Assembly: GCA_016198755.1 (NCBI GenBank)
Contig: JACQIB010000005.1
Coordinates: 128,001 to 192,000 of the forward strand
Source of the DNA: Candidatus Aenigmatarchaeota archaeon
Lineage (GTDB): Archaea; Aenigmatarchaeota; Aenigmatarchaeia; Aenigmatarchaeales; JACQIB01
DNA length: 64,000 nt
Direction: 5' to 3'
Positions 39,587 to 48,836 of this stretch are shown here, in pieces (the stretch's first letter is position 1; each line of letters opens with the position of its first letter). The notes below the pieces were generated by a model. The model made no database searches and had not been told where the DNA came from. It was given only the letters and a program-made list of their open reading frames with translations. Both the position numbers and the translations under genes were made by a program.

Positions 39587-41350
39587 TTATTTGGATTGGC
39601 TGGCTGGTGCATAGCTGCTTAGCTTTTCTATAACTGTGACCTCTTTGTTTAAAGTGTTGTCACCAATAGCATTTGTTTCTGCTTTAAAATAAATAAAGAA
39701 TTCACTTATTAGCGCTTTATAATTATCGGAAACTTTCAGGGGAATAGATTGACGTTCCTTGTCTCCAAGATATTGGGAACCGCAGCGGGGAATAAGTCCG
39801 GAAGATGAGGAACCGCAGCGGGGAATAAGTATTCCGGTTTCCCTAGTTATTGTTGTTTTGTTTTGGCGCTCATCACTGATCCAATTTTTCATTAAATCTG
39901 CATACCTTGCCAAGAGTATGCCTTTTCGTATTCCTGTATTCTGGAAGAAATCTGATTGTTTTTCTTCTAGATTAACTGCAACATCATTTCCATCTTTATT
40001 TCCTAATCTGTCTTCGTATGACACGGTAAGCTTCAGGTTAGTATCATTGGATAATTTTTTCAGCTTCAGTAAAACCAGACCGCCCCTGGTTTCTGCCCCC
40101 TCTTTTTTTGATGGGAAGAGTGTATTTATTTTCATAATGGTGCCCGTTGCCTCATTTGCTTCTGGGGAACCATAAACTTTTATTATCTCATATCCTTTTG
40201 CGTCCAGATTTAGTATTAAATTGAATATAAGAGGTGTTACCATAAATTCAAATTCGTTGTCCATTCTTTTCTTGAATTCTGGAGACGAGTGAACAGAATA
40301 ATAATTGGCCCCTCTGATTTTTGTTATTGCTTCCACCAATTCTGTATTGAAGTCAACACCTATGCCAATGAATGTAGTGTATATTTTATTATCTGCATTT
40401 TTCTTTGTTATATTAAATAAACCTTCCTCGCTAGTTTCCCCTATATTTGGCATAGCATCTGTCAGGAAAATTATCCTGTTCTCATATTCTGACTGGTCAG
40501 AACCTTCATATTCCTTAAACAGGTTTGCACCCATTTTCATGCCAGATTCCATATATGTGCCGCCCTGTGGCCCTATATCGTTAAGTATATGCTGCTTTAT
40601 TCTTTCTATGTCTGTATTTTCTACAAGATTCATGGGTTTTGCCAAATAAGCTTTGTCATCGAAGACAACCATTCCAAATCTATCGTCTTTTTTTAGGTGG
40701 TCGAGAAGTGATGATATAGCTTTCTTGGCTATCTCCATTTTGCTTTTTCCAGAGTCCTCGTCAGTTTTATTTGAACCCTCAACAGGCACTCTTCCCCCGA
40801 ACCTATCATAATAATATTCGTTGAATGCGGAGCCCATTGATCCGGAAATGTCCAAAACAATAATAAGATTCAGTTTTTTCCTGTGAAAGTCACTTTCTTT
40901 TATATTGGAATTCAAGCCTACTGACATATAATATTCATCCTTTTTTGAAAAGGGATCCCTTGAGATTGAATAGGTATAGGAGGGGCAGAATAATTTTGTG
41001 CATTCCTGCTTTTCACTTGTATCGAAATAATAGTCGTAAAAAAGGCCTTCATATGTTATATCTGTAGATAACGGTGTGTAGTTGTTTTTTATGTTTTCCC
41101 TGAAGTTATTGATATCCTTTGCACCACCAACAGAATAGCCAATTGATTCGGGAGATGCTGCGAAAGGCGATACAGACTGAGTGGGACTCAAAAGAGGTGA
41201 TGAAATCTGTTTCAATAGAGGTATTTCAAATATAGAGGGTGAAAATTGCCAGTCGTCCGTTTTTCCAGTTAACCCTGATTTTGGTATTAGAAAATATCCT
41301 GCAATAATAGCTATAACTATAATAGCAATTATCAGAGGTCGCTTTTCCAT
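39587..41350 (-). CDS. Membrane-anchored vWA-domain protein
   Basis: N-terminal TM, MIDAS DISGSMG, GGT, FLTDA, IGIG. Confidence 0.88.
   Translation of the reverse strand: MEKRPLIIAIIVIAIIAGYFLIPKSGLTGKTDDWQFSPSIFEIPLLKQISSPLLSPTQSVSPFAASPESIGYSVGGAKDINNFRENIKNNYTPLSTDITYEGLFYDYYFDTSEKQECTKLFCPSYTYSISRDPFSKKDEYYMSVGLNSNIKESDFHRKKLNLIIVLDISGSMGSAFNEYYYDRFGGRVPVEGSNKTDEDSGKSKMEIAKKAISSLLDHLKKDDRFGMVVFDDKAYLAKPMNLVENTDIERIKQHILNDIGPQGGTYMESGMKMGANLFKEYEGSDQSEYENRIIFLTDAMPNIGETSEEGLFNITKKNADNKIYTTFIGIGVDFNTELVEAITKIRGANYYSVHSSPEFKKRMDNEFEFMVTPLIFNLILNLDAKGYEIIKVYGSPEANEATGTIMKINTLFPSKKEGAETRGGLVLLKLKKLSNDTNLKLTVSYEDRLGNKDGNDVAVNLEEKQSDFFQNTGIRKGILLARYADLMKNWISDERQNKTTITRETGILIPRCGSSSSGLIPRCGSQYLGDKERQSIPLKVSDNYKALISEFFIYFKAETNAIGDNTLNKEVTVIEKLSSYAPASQSK
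39776..39830. repeat. 22-bp direct repeat within the vWA gene
   Basis: GGAACCGCAGCGGGGAATAAGT at 39776-39797 and 39809-39830 (LIPRCGS twice). Confidence 0.9.
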
Positions 41351-41384
41351 ATAAGACTATTGTTTTGGCGATATATAAATCGTC

Positions 41385-41567
41385 TTACTTCTTTATTTCA
41401 GAATAATGACATTTCCCACAATGGGTCCTGTTCTTATGTTCAGCCATAAAGGTTCCTGCGCCGCAGCGTGGGCAGAACTTTCCTGTCCTTTTCCCGCCTG
41501 AATATTTTTTCCATAACTGCACTATCTTGTGCTTGGATTTGCTGTGTGGTTTTTTTCCTTCTGCCAT
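41385..41567 (-). CDS. rps27ae: 30S ribosomal protein S27ae
   Basis: [13 protein letters not shown] ... CGKC. Confidence 0.95.
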   Translation of the reverse strand: MAEGKKPHSKSKHKIVQLWKKYSGGKRTGKFCPRCGAGTFMAEHKNRTHCGKCHYSEIKK

Positions 41568-41579
41568 TTTTATTCACCT

Positions 41580-41852
41580 TTATTGTGCTGCTGGAGCTGG
41601 TGCAGCTTTCTTTTTCTTCTCGGGTGGTTTTTCATCCCAAACCCTTACAGATGCCCTGCCCATAGAACGTCCAAAATCAGTAATTAATGTCCTTATCTCC
41701 ACATTTTCAGCGGGGACGGATAAGGTTTTTGCAAGCTCGTCTGAAACTGCTTTTTTAGAGGGAGTTGCAGCACCCTCATAATCCAATTTAAGTGTAAGTT
41801 CCTTTCTTTTCAGAAGCGGATTTTCCTTTTGTTCAACTGTTTCAATCTTCAT
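41580..41852 (-). CDS. rps24e: 30S ribosomal protein S24e
   Basis: ENPLLKRKE, TPSK, TDFG. Confidence 0.92.
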   Translation of the reverse strand: MKIETVEQKENPLLKRKELTLKLDYEGAATPSKKAVSDELAKTLSVPAENVEIRTLITDFGRSMGRASVRVWDEKPPEKKKKAAPAPAAQ

Positions 41853-41856
41853 CTTA

Positions 41857-42039
41857 TCACTTTATTTTTATTGCGAACTTGCCTGGAGAGGTTAAACCTG
41901 CTTCCTTTGCAAGCTCAGAGTCAGGGTTAATTACCATTAGAGTTCCTTTCCATGAACGTGTCAGGTCAGAGCTTTTGCATATTGGACAGACATTCCCTTT
42001 AACAAGCCTTTTGCATGTTTTACAGGCTTTCTCTGGCAT
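41857..42039 (-). CDS. spt4: Transcription elongation factor Spt4 (RpoE2)
   Basis: ACKTC ... CPIC ... WKG ... PGKFA. Confidence 0.95.
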   Translation of the reverse strand: MPEKACKTCKRLVKGNVCPICKSSDLTRSWKGTLMVINPDSELAKEAGLTSPGKFAIKIK

Positions 42040-42110
42040 TATAAAAACCTCTTTATATTTTTGTTTTGAGAGGTTTTTGGAATGTTAAAAATCCCTAAGA
42101 TTTTTCCCAT

Positions 42111-42701
42111 TTATTTCCCCTCCTTTTTCTTTTCCTTCTTTTCAGCCTGTTTTTCCTCTTTCTTTTCTTCTTTTGCTTTTTCCTCCACCCATTTTAAGTT
42201 TCCAAGGAAAGGCTGGCGCATTGTTAAGCCTACTTTGCTCTGCTCTTTAAGGCTGATAGAAATTATTCTTGCCCTTACTTTATCGCCTACTTTCAAAATC
42301 CTCTTGCTGGCTCTTCCAACAAGTTGTGCGTTTTTTTCGTCAAAGCTTACGAAATCATCCATAACCTGAGATATATGTGTCAGGGCATCCACAGGACCAA
42401 TCCTTACAAAAGCCCCCCATTCTGTTATATCGACAATTTCCCCTTCAACAACTTCATGCTCGCGCGGCATCCATGTTAACATTGTAAATTTAGTTGGGTA
42501 GTGAACTGAAGGATCGCCGGGAAGGATTTTCCCTTCACCCACATCCTCAATTGAAACAACTGACAGGTATATTCCAAAATCGTTGTCTATTTTTCCCTGA
42601 AACTTCTCTGAAATACTGTCTTTTATGGCTTTTTCAGCCTCCATAGAAAACTTCAATGGAGCGACTGTTATTGTATCTTCTGCTTCAACTAATTGGTACA
42701 T
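42111..42701 (-). CDS. rpoE1: RNA polymerase subunit E' (Rpo7)
   Basis: GAFVRIGPVDALTHISQ, GLTMRQPFLG. Confidence 0.96.
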   Translation of the reverse strand: MYQLVEAEDTITVAPLKFSMEAEKAIKDSISEKFQGKIDNDFGIYLSVVSIEDVGEGKILPGDPSVHYPTKFTMLTWMPREHEVVEGEIVDITEWGAFVRIGPVDALTHISQVMDDFVSFDEKNAQLVGRASKRILKVGDKVRARIISISLKEQSKVGLTMRQPFLGNLKWVEEKAKEEKKEEKQAEKKEKKKEGK

Positions 42702-42705
42702 TTTA

Positions 42706-43230
42706 TCACTTCTTTTTCTTTGCAAGGGCAACAGAATCTAAAATTGCTTTTTTTGCTGCTGCTGCTCCTTCCCATCCTTTTACTTTAACCCATTTTCCTG
42801 GTTCTAACTGTTTCATTGTTTCGAAAAAATGTGATATTTCCTTCGGTATATGCGCTGGTAAGTCCTTCAGGTCTTTTATCTCATCAAATCTCGGGTCCTT
42901 TATAGGTACGGCAACAATCTTATCATCCATTCCTTTTTCATCTTCCATTCTCATTACAGCCACTGGCCTTGCAGGAACCAGAGTTCCGGAAGGAATTGAC
43001 AAAGTGCAGAGCACAACAACGTCCATTGGATCTCCGTCATCGCAAAGGGTTTGCGGAATAAAACCGTATGAACCTGGGTAATGTTCTGAAGTATACAAAA
43101 CCCTGTCAAGCATCATTACACCCAAATTTTTGTCAAATTCCAGCTTGTTCTGGGAACCTTTTTCATTCTCTACAAAAACATAAATCTCATCAGGAACCTT
43201 TTTGCCAACTGGTATTTTGTTTATATCCAT
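42706..43230 (-). CDS. ppa: Inorganic pyrophosphatase
   Basis: YGFIPQT, DGDPMD, DDK. Confidence 0.96.
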   Translation of the reverse strand: MDINKIPVGKKVPDEIYVFVENEKGSQNKLEFDKNLGVMMLDRVLYTSEHYPGSYGFIPQTLCDDGDPMDVVVLCTLSIPSGTLVPARPVAVMRMEDEKGMDDKIVAVPIKDPRFDEIKDLKDLPAHIPKEISHFFETMKQLEPGKWVKVKGWEGAAAAKKAILDSVALAKKKK

Positions 43231-43587
43231 TCACTCCACCTCTATATACTTTTTCTGCCTTATCATTATAGTTTTGCCGCCTGCTTTCCTTATCCTCCCC
43301 CTCAATTCCCTGTCCTGAGTTGCTACCGCATAGCCTGAAAGGGAAAGAGAAAGCAAAGCAGTGTCAGCTGTACCTTTTGCATTTAGTGTTTTTAAGCCTT
43401 TGCTTTTTGCAATTTTCATGGATATTCGTGCTGTAGAGGCTGTTTTTCCAGCCCCCTTTGAAAGCATTGTAAGCTCGCTTACAACAGGAGTTGAAAGGAA
43501 AAGTTCGTGCCCTGCCAGCTCTGAGAACAAATCTATCTTATAGTTCACTGTTGCTATAAGGAAATTTGTATCCAGCAGTATTTTCAT
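43231..43587 (-). CDS. Fcf1/Utp24-like PIN protein
   Basis: LLDTNFL, VATQDREL, IRQKKY; start set at ATG 43587. Confidence 0.85.
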   Translation of the reverse strand: MKILLDTNFLIATVNYKIDLFSELAGHELFLSTPVVSELTMLSKGAGKTASTARISMKIAKSKGLKTLNAKGTADTALLSLSLSGYAVATQDRELRGRIRKAGGKTIMIRQKKYIEVE

Positions 43588-43638
43588 GCACCTCTTTCGC
43601 AAGGCAAGCTTTAAAACCTTGCTCTGCACAGTTTTCCC

Positions 43639-43728
43639 ATGCGAATGGTAGGTCAAAGGAAAGCTCAGATGAAGTATTCACGGCAGAAAAAGAAGATGAA
43701 AAAGCCGCACTGGAACAGGTATTTCTAG
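43639..43728 (+). CDS. 29-aa basic microprotein (not in ORF track)
   Basis: MRMVGQRKAQMKYSRQKKKMKKPHWNRYF; TTTAAAA box 29 nt upstream. Confidence 0.5.
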   Translation: MRMVGQRKAQMKYSRQKKKMKKPHWNRYF

Positions 43729-43738
43729 CGGTGAGTTT

Positions 43739-44515
43739 CTGATAGATTCCCACTGCCATCTGGAGTGGACAGATTTTGATAAGGACTTGAACGAAGTTGT
43801 CAAAGAGCTGAAAAAAGAACTGAAAGCTGTTGTAACTGTAGCAACAGAACCAAAGTTTTTTGAGCGTGGGCTTGAGATTGCTGAGAAGTATAGGAGCTTT
43901 GCCTTCCTTTCTGCTGGCATCCATCCGGAGTTTGTAAAGGAGATTTCTCAGGAGCAAATAGAGAAAGCTTTTGAGTGGTTAAAAGAAAATGAGAAAAGTT
44001 TGGTGGGTATAGGGGAAAGTGGTTTAGATTATTTCTGGGTTAAAGAACCAGAATGGAGAGAAAAACAGAAAGGGCTTTTTGAGAAGTCAATTGCGCTTGC
44101 AAAAGAGCTGGACAAGGTTCTTGTTGTGCATACGCGGGAAGCACACGAACAGGTTATAGAAATACTTGAAAAGAACAGAGCTGAAAAGGTGCAGTTGCAT
44201 ATGTGGGGAGGGAACAGCTTTGTGAAAACTATATTAGATCATGGATGGTTTGTTTCTGTTGGACCTGTTGTTAAAACCTCTAAAAAACACCAGAAAGTTG
44301 TGCGCGATCTTCCTTTAGAGCTTTTGCTGTTGGAGACTGATTCCCCGTGGTTCGGATTGAAAGATTCTGAAGGAAAACCATTGAGAGGCCTGCCAACAAA
44401 CATAAAAATCCCAGCGGAGGAAATTGCGAAAATAAAGGACCTGGAATTTAAGGAAGTTTGGGAAGAATGTGGAAAGAATGCTGTTAAATTGTTTAAGCTG
44501 CCCATTAGGATTTAG
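43739..44515 (+). CDS. tatD: TatD family DNase, probable CTG start
   Basis: In-frame IDSHCHL upstream of the called ORF, GIHP, GESGLD, VHTR, LETDSP. Confidence 0.9.
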   Translation: MIDSHCHLEWTDFDKDLNEVVKELKKELKAVVTVATEPKFFERGLEIAEKYRSFAFLSAGIHPEFVKEISQEQIEKAFEWLKENEKSLVGIGESGLDYFWVKEPEWREKQKGLFEKSIALAKELDKVLVVHTREAHEQVIEILEKNRAEKVQLHMWGGNSFVKTILDHGWFVSVGPVVKTSKKHQKVVRDLPLELLLLETDSPWFGLKDSEGKPLRGLPTNIKIPAEEIAKIKDLEFKEVWEECGKNAVKLFKLPIRI

Positions 44516-45318
44516 CTGGATTGACCTACTTTCTCTATATTAAGAACACTTCTAAACCCGCTCAAAATAGAGGCAAATTCATTAAGCATCTGCCCTCTAT
44601 CGCCCTTTACATCGTGCAATTCAGGATCTGGTAACAAATGTTCTGCTCTTGCAAAACTGGGATGTGGAGAGCTTAGAAGCAATAATCCCAGCGCCTCTCC
44701 ACATACAAAAGAGTCTGGATCTTCTCTGCCATTTGAAGGAGTTGTGTTTGCAGCCAAAACCTCATATATTTCAGGATAGGCATAGAGAGCATGGCCAAAA
44801 AAATCCTTCTGTTCTTTTAAATAACCGTTGTTTGGCAGCACGCTCAGTGCTTCAGAAGCTATGGTTCTGCTCATTTTTGCTTCGCCAATTGTTCTAAGTG
44901 CAGGGTAAATGCCATCTGGTATCTGGCCGCGTTCTATGATAATAGGTACTGCTTCTTCGTTCCCGGCAAGCCTTTTTAGCCCTGCAGCATCTCTTCTGGC
45001 CCAGTTCAAAACCCTGCAAATATACTTGGCATGGAGAGTTTTGCCATCATATTTTCCAGCTGTTTGGAATGCAACATGAACTGGAGTTTCTCCTCTGTTC
45101 AACTGCCTTGTATCTACTCCTATACTCCTAAAATAGTCGGCTACCTGCGGTATGCCGCGATAATCTCCTAAAACAGTTATTTTATCGAAAATATTGCCTA
45201 AAACCCCTCTTGCAGTTTCGAAAACTCTGGGTGTTGCATCCCCAAGAGCGCATGTGGTTGTTACGAGAGATGGCATACCTATAATACTGAGTGTCAAAGT
45301 GTATAAAGTTTCTGTCAT
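44512..45318 (-). CDS. Hypothetical protein
   Basis: 268-aa ORF, no motif recognised. Confidence 0.6.
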   Translation of the reverse strand: MTETLYTLTLSIIGMPSLVTTTCALGDATPRVFETARGVLGNIFDKITVLGDYRGIPQVADYFRSIGVDTRQLNRGETPVHVAFQTAGKYDGKTLHAKYICRVLNWARRDAAGLKRLAGNEEAVPIIIERGQIPDGIYPALRTIGEAKMSRTIASEALSVLPNNGYLKEQKDFFGHALYAYPEIYEVLAANTTPSNGREDPDSFVCGEALGLLLLSSPHPSFARAEHLLPDPELHDVKGDRGQMLNEFASILSGFRSVLNIEKVGQSS

Positions 45319-45330
45319 TGCATAAAGGCT

Positions 45331-45537
45331 TTAAAAGGTATCTCTCGGATGTTCTCCGCCATTCAAATAAGAAATTAATCTTACAACACGCCCTTCATAT
45401 CTTCTGTTTGTTATTTCCATCTCTATGTGGCAAACATCTCCAAGGGTGTCCCTAAATGTTTCAAAAGCTGAATAAATTGCTTTATCAGTGGGATTTTGTC
45501 TCATCCATAAAACTGAGGGGCTGTCTTCTGTGTCCAT
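45331..45537 (-). CDS. Small hypothetical protein
   Basis: 68-aa ORF from ATG 45537 with TTTTATA box 27 nt upstream. Confidence 0.4.
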   Translation of the reverse strand: MDTEDSPSVLWMRQNPTDKAIYSAFETFRDTLGDVCHIEMEITNRRYEGRVVRLISYLNGGEHPRDTF

Positions 45538-45595
45538 AAGCAGAATATACGCATAGGTATAAAAGCTATTGTTGGGAATAAGGGAGAGTGGTTTA

Positions 45596-46069
45596 ATGGT
45601 TTTTGGTATTAGAAAGAAGTTGTTTGGCCCTGTGCATAATGGAACACCTTCTATTGCTCTGTTTGTGGACGGACCCAACATGATTAGGAAAGAATTTAGC
45701 ATAGACCTTTCAGAACTGAGGAACAGAGTTGAAAAGTATGGAAGGATTGTAATTGCAAAGGTTTTTCTGAACCAGTTTGCTTCAGAGAAGCTTATAGAAG
45801 CTGTTTCTAATGAGGGGTTTGAGACCGTTATTGCTTTGGGGGATCCTGAGCAAAAGACCGATGTGGATGTTCCTGTTACAGTACATGCAATGGAAGCTAT
45901 TTACAACTCTGATATACAGATTATAGCTTTGGTTAGCAGGGATGCTGATTTCCTGTCTTTGGTTTTGAAAGCAAAGGAAAGGGGAAAGAAAGTAATTTTA
46001 GTTGCAGCGACTTCCGGTCTTGCTACCAGCCTGAAGAATGCTGCTGATTATGTGGAGATTATGCGCTAA
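45596..46069 (+). CDS. NYN-domain protein (TIGR00288-like)
   Basis: FVDGPNMIRKEF, DVDV, SRDADF. Confidence 0.88.
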   Translation: MVFGIRKKLFGPVHNGTPSIALFVDGPNMIRKEFSIDLSELRNRVEKYGRIVIAKVFLNQFASEKLIEAVSNEGFETVIALGDPEQKTDVDVPVTVHAMEAIYNSDIQIIALVSRDADFLSLVLKAKERGKKVILVAATSGLATSLKNAADYVEIMR

Positions 46070-46072
46070 CTA

Positions 46073-47269
46073 TTACTGCTTATATCTCAGCAAAGCTCCT
46101 ATTCCGCCTATTGCCAAAAGCTTTTGACCTTCTGAGGTTTCTGTTGAGATAATTTCCAGCTTTGTACCAAAACTCTTTGCAAGATCCTCGAAAAATTCTA
46201 TTCCTGGGCGGGAGCCAATCCTTTCTATTTCCTTCCCGCAGCTTGTGCATTTTCCTTTTGAGTCTGTTTTCAGCAGGGTTTTAAAGCTGTTGCCGCAGGA
46301 ACAGGCAAATTCTGCTTCATCCCATGAAAACCCTTCGGAAATCAGCACTGTATTTGCAGCCCCATCTTCTACTGCTTTTTTCACAGCTTCCAGCCCATAG
46401 GAAACCATGCCAGAGTCTTTTCCAAGTTCCTGAAAGAACTTTTGCAATAAAGCTTTTTCTTTTGCAATAGAAGCTTCTGCTAATGCTTCCTGTGATCTTT
46501 GTACAAGCTCTTCCAACCCACTCTCATCAGTATTTCCCAGATCCTGCATTGTAATTATTTTGTTCCTGAACTCTGTTTTAAAATAGTCTTCTTCATACAG
46601 AGTTTGCTTTGCAGGTCCTGGACCGCCCAGTAAAATGCCTTTGCAATCTGCTGGTATAAGGTCTCGCGCGCGTTCTGCCACAATTTTGTACCAGTCATTT
46701 ATCAGCCCCTGTCTAACCCTTTCAAACCTTGCTTGGGACTGCCCGCCTTTTCCAACCTTGGAGGGTACAATAGAATCAAACCTTTTCAGCACCCGAATGC
46801 TTTTTCCTTTCAAAACTCCTACTGTACACTCTTGATTGTCCATTACCAAAAGACCGTAAACTTCCTTCTCCTCAACCATATTTTCCATGGGCTCTAGCTT
46901 GAAAACCTGATCGCACCAATATAGTTTTACTTTTACAGGTTCAGGAGGTTCTATTGCCCAGATTTTAATATCTGTTACTCCTTCATGCTCTGAAACATTC
47001 CCGCAGAAAACAACCAATCCATTGGGGGGGTTTTGCTTGTAAAGTTTTAAGTGTTGAACAACTTTTGTTAAGGCTGAAATAACGTTTTTCCTAACCTCTT
47101 TGCTCTTTACATTTTGTGTCAGGGAAATCTCGTTGCTCAGCAAATTCATTGTATCATTTAGGGAAGAGCCTGCTGGAACATAAAGAGAAACAAGCTCTGT
47201 ATGCCTTCCCCTAAGGGTAGAGAGCTCTTTCAGCAGAACCCTGAGCTTGTATATTCCCTCATCTACCAT
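46073..47269 (-). CDS. prf1: Peptide chain release factor aRF1
   Basis: RGRHTELVSLY, NVKS (NIKS-like), YWCD, GGQSQARF. Confidence 0.97.
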   Translation of the reverse strand: MVDEGIYKLRVLLKELSTLRGRHTELVSLYVPAGSSLNDTMNLLSNEISLTQNVKSKEVRKNVISALTKVVQHLKLYKQNPPNGLVVFCGNVSEHEGVTDIKIWAIEPPEPVKVKLYWCDQVFKLEPMENMVEEKEVYGLLVMDNQECTVGVLKGKSIRVLKRFDSIVPSKVGKGGQSQARFERVRQGLINDWYKIVAERARDLIPADCKGILLGGPGPAKQTLYEEDYFKTEFRNKIITMQDLGNTDESGLEELVQRSQEALAEASIAKEKALLQKFFQELGKDSGMVSYGLEAVKKAVEDGAANTVLISEGFSWDEAEFACSCGNSFKTLLKTDSKGKCTSCGKEIERIGSRPGIEFFEDLAKSFGTKLEIISTETSEGQKLLAIGGIGALLRYKQ

Positions 47270-47292
47270 ATTCTAACACCTAGAAAAAAGAG

Positions 47293-47325
47293 TCAATCTG
47301 CAGCAGACAATTTTGTTTGCAGCAT
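47293..47325 (-). promoter_or_regulatory. Candidate leaderless uORF (MLQTKLSAAD) in the aRF1 leader
   Basis: ATG 27 nt downstream of TTTAAA box at 47352; ends TGA-C. Confidence 0.4.
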
Positions 47326-47355
47326 GGAGAGAGTTGTTAGAGCGAGTTTAAATAG

Positions 47356-47751
47356 TTATAAAACGCCCACAGATTCCAAATCCTCTTTTGTTCCTTCAAC
47401 ACAGTCGAATTTTACATAATCTCTTGGTAGTACCCATCTGTATTCTGTATGTTCCTTTGGCTCTATTTTTACCTTGTCTGAATTCACAAAAACAGAAAAT
47501 GGTATTATTATCCAGTTGCCCCAGCTGTCCTTACACTCGAAAATCTTTCCAGATTTTTCTATCTTTCCTTCCAGTCCGGTTTCCTCTTTTACCTCCCTTA
47601 ATACACAATCTTCTGCAGCTTCGCCAGCCTCTAAAGTACCGGAAACAACTTGCCACTTACCTGGTGAGGTTCTTCTGGAGAGTGTTCTTTTAAGCAGGAT
47701 TATTTTATCCTTAAATTTTACCACGCCTATCACTGCCACATATATTCCCAT
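47356..47751 (-). CDS. NUDIX hydrolase
   Basis: GTLEAGEAAEDCVLREVKEETGL Nudix box. Confidence 0.92.
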   Translation of the reverse strand: MGIYVAVIGVVKFKDKIILLKRTLSRRTSPGKWQVVSGTLEAGEAAEDCVLREVKEETGLEGKIEKSGKIFECKDSWGNWIIIPFSVFVNSDKVKIEPKEHTEYRWVLPRDYVKFDCVEGTKEDLESVGVL

Positions 47752-47781
47752 AATAAAAGATTGACAATGTAGTTTATACTC

Positions 47782-48048
47782 TTATGCCTCACATTCCAGA
47801 CCTGCAGCTGTTGGATTCTCTTCAATAATTGTTTGAGGTATTAATGTACGCGCAATCCTGCCGGAAACAGAAATATAGACTATAAGTGTTGGGTTTAGAC
47901 CATATTGCACAAGGGCTGCATTGCCATACTCGCCCGGGTCTCCGTCAGAATCGCAAAACCCGCCTGAGTAGCGGGCGCTGTGCAAAAGAGCTGCTGCACT
48001 TGGCATTCTTCTTGTTCCAAACCCTATCATTGGAGATTCATTGGACAT
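47782..48048 (-). CDS. Possible small hypothetical protein
   Basis: 88-aa ORF filling a gap; TTTTATT about 28 nt upstream. Confidence 0.35.
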   Translation of the reverse strand: MSNESPMIGFGTRRMPSAAALLHSARYSGGFCDSDGDPGEYGNAALVQYGLNPTLIVYISVSGRIARTLIPQTIIEENPTAAGLECEA

Positions 48049-48131
48049 ACAGACTGTTGACAGTTTGAGAATAAAATCTGTCCTTAAAAATGTACGGCAC
48101 TGGGTGGAGGGGAACAGCTTTTAAAAGGTTT

Positions 48132-48836
48132 CTATAGCAAAAACAAAACTAAAAGGGAAAAAATAAGCATTGAACCTAAATCTGCAACAGATGTTGTTAT
48201 AGGTATTAGGAAATTATTTGGATCTTCCTGCGCTCTGTATATTTTCATACCAAGAAAAACTGAAATTCCGAAGATAAGCAGAACCAGTAGAAGGGTTGAG
48301 AAGAGGGTTATTGAAGCTATTTTGAGGAAAAGAGAAGCTGAGAATTCAAACCCCTTTAAAATTGCAAACCCATAAGAAAGGGAGGAGATGTAGATTGCGG
48401 AGAGTATTGCTATTACAAGAACTGTCAGGAAGAGCTCCTTAACATATGGGGAAGTCAGTGGATTGCCTTTGATTTTTCCAAGGTAGAGTGCTGTTGTGAA
48501 TTTAGAGGAAACTATTGTTCCAAAATCTCCAATCATGTCATTCAGGGCAGGGAGAAGTATTAGGAGTGGAAGTATTTGGAAGAGGTTTTGTTTTATACCC
48601 TGCAAACCTATTCCGCCTATTGTGCTGAAAAGTGCAGCCAAAACGAGCATTTTAAAGCTCTCCTTTATTATTACAGAACTCACATGGGAGTGGGGGCCAT
48701 ATTCTTTCATATAAAAAACTGTGCCGCGGGAAACATTGTGTTTTTCCCTAATTTTGTGCTGGAGGATGTGGTAGCGGTGTCTTTTGAGTTTTATAATCTG
48801 TTTTCTAAACTTCTGGGATATATGGTGGTGGCTCAT
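48132..48836 (-). CDS. MgtE/SLC41-type cation transporter half with His-rich N-terminus
   Basis: MIGDFG ... SSKFTTALYLG, DPNNFLIPITTSVADL. Confidence 0.85.
   Translation of the reverse strand: MSHHHISQKFRKQIIKLKRHRYHILQHKIREKHNVSRGTVFYMKEYGPHSHVSSVIIKESFKMLVLAALFSTIGGIGLQGIKQNLFQILPLLILLPALNDMIGDFGTIVSSKFTTALYLGKIKGNPLTSPYVKELFLTVLVIAILSAIYISSLSYGFAILKGFEFSASLFLKIASITLFSTLLLVLLIFGISVFLGMKIYRAQEDPNNFLIPITTSVADLGSMLIFSLLVLFLL

Noticed and set aside
39776-39830. Mini-CRISPR or att site
   Set aside because: Only two copies with an 11-nt gap, in frame inside a CDS
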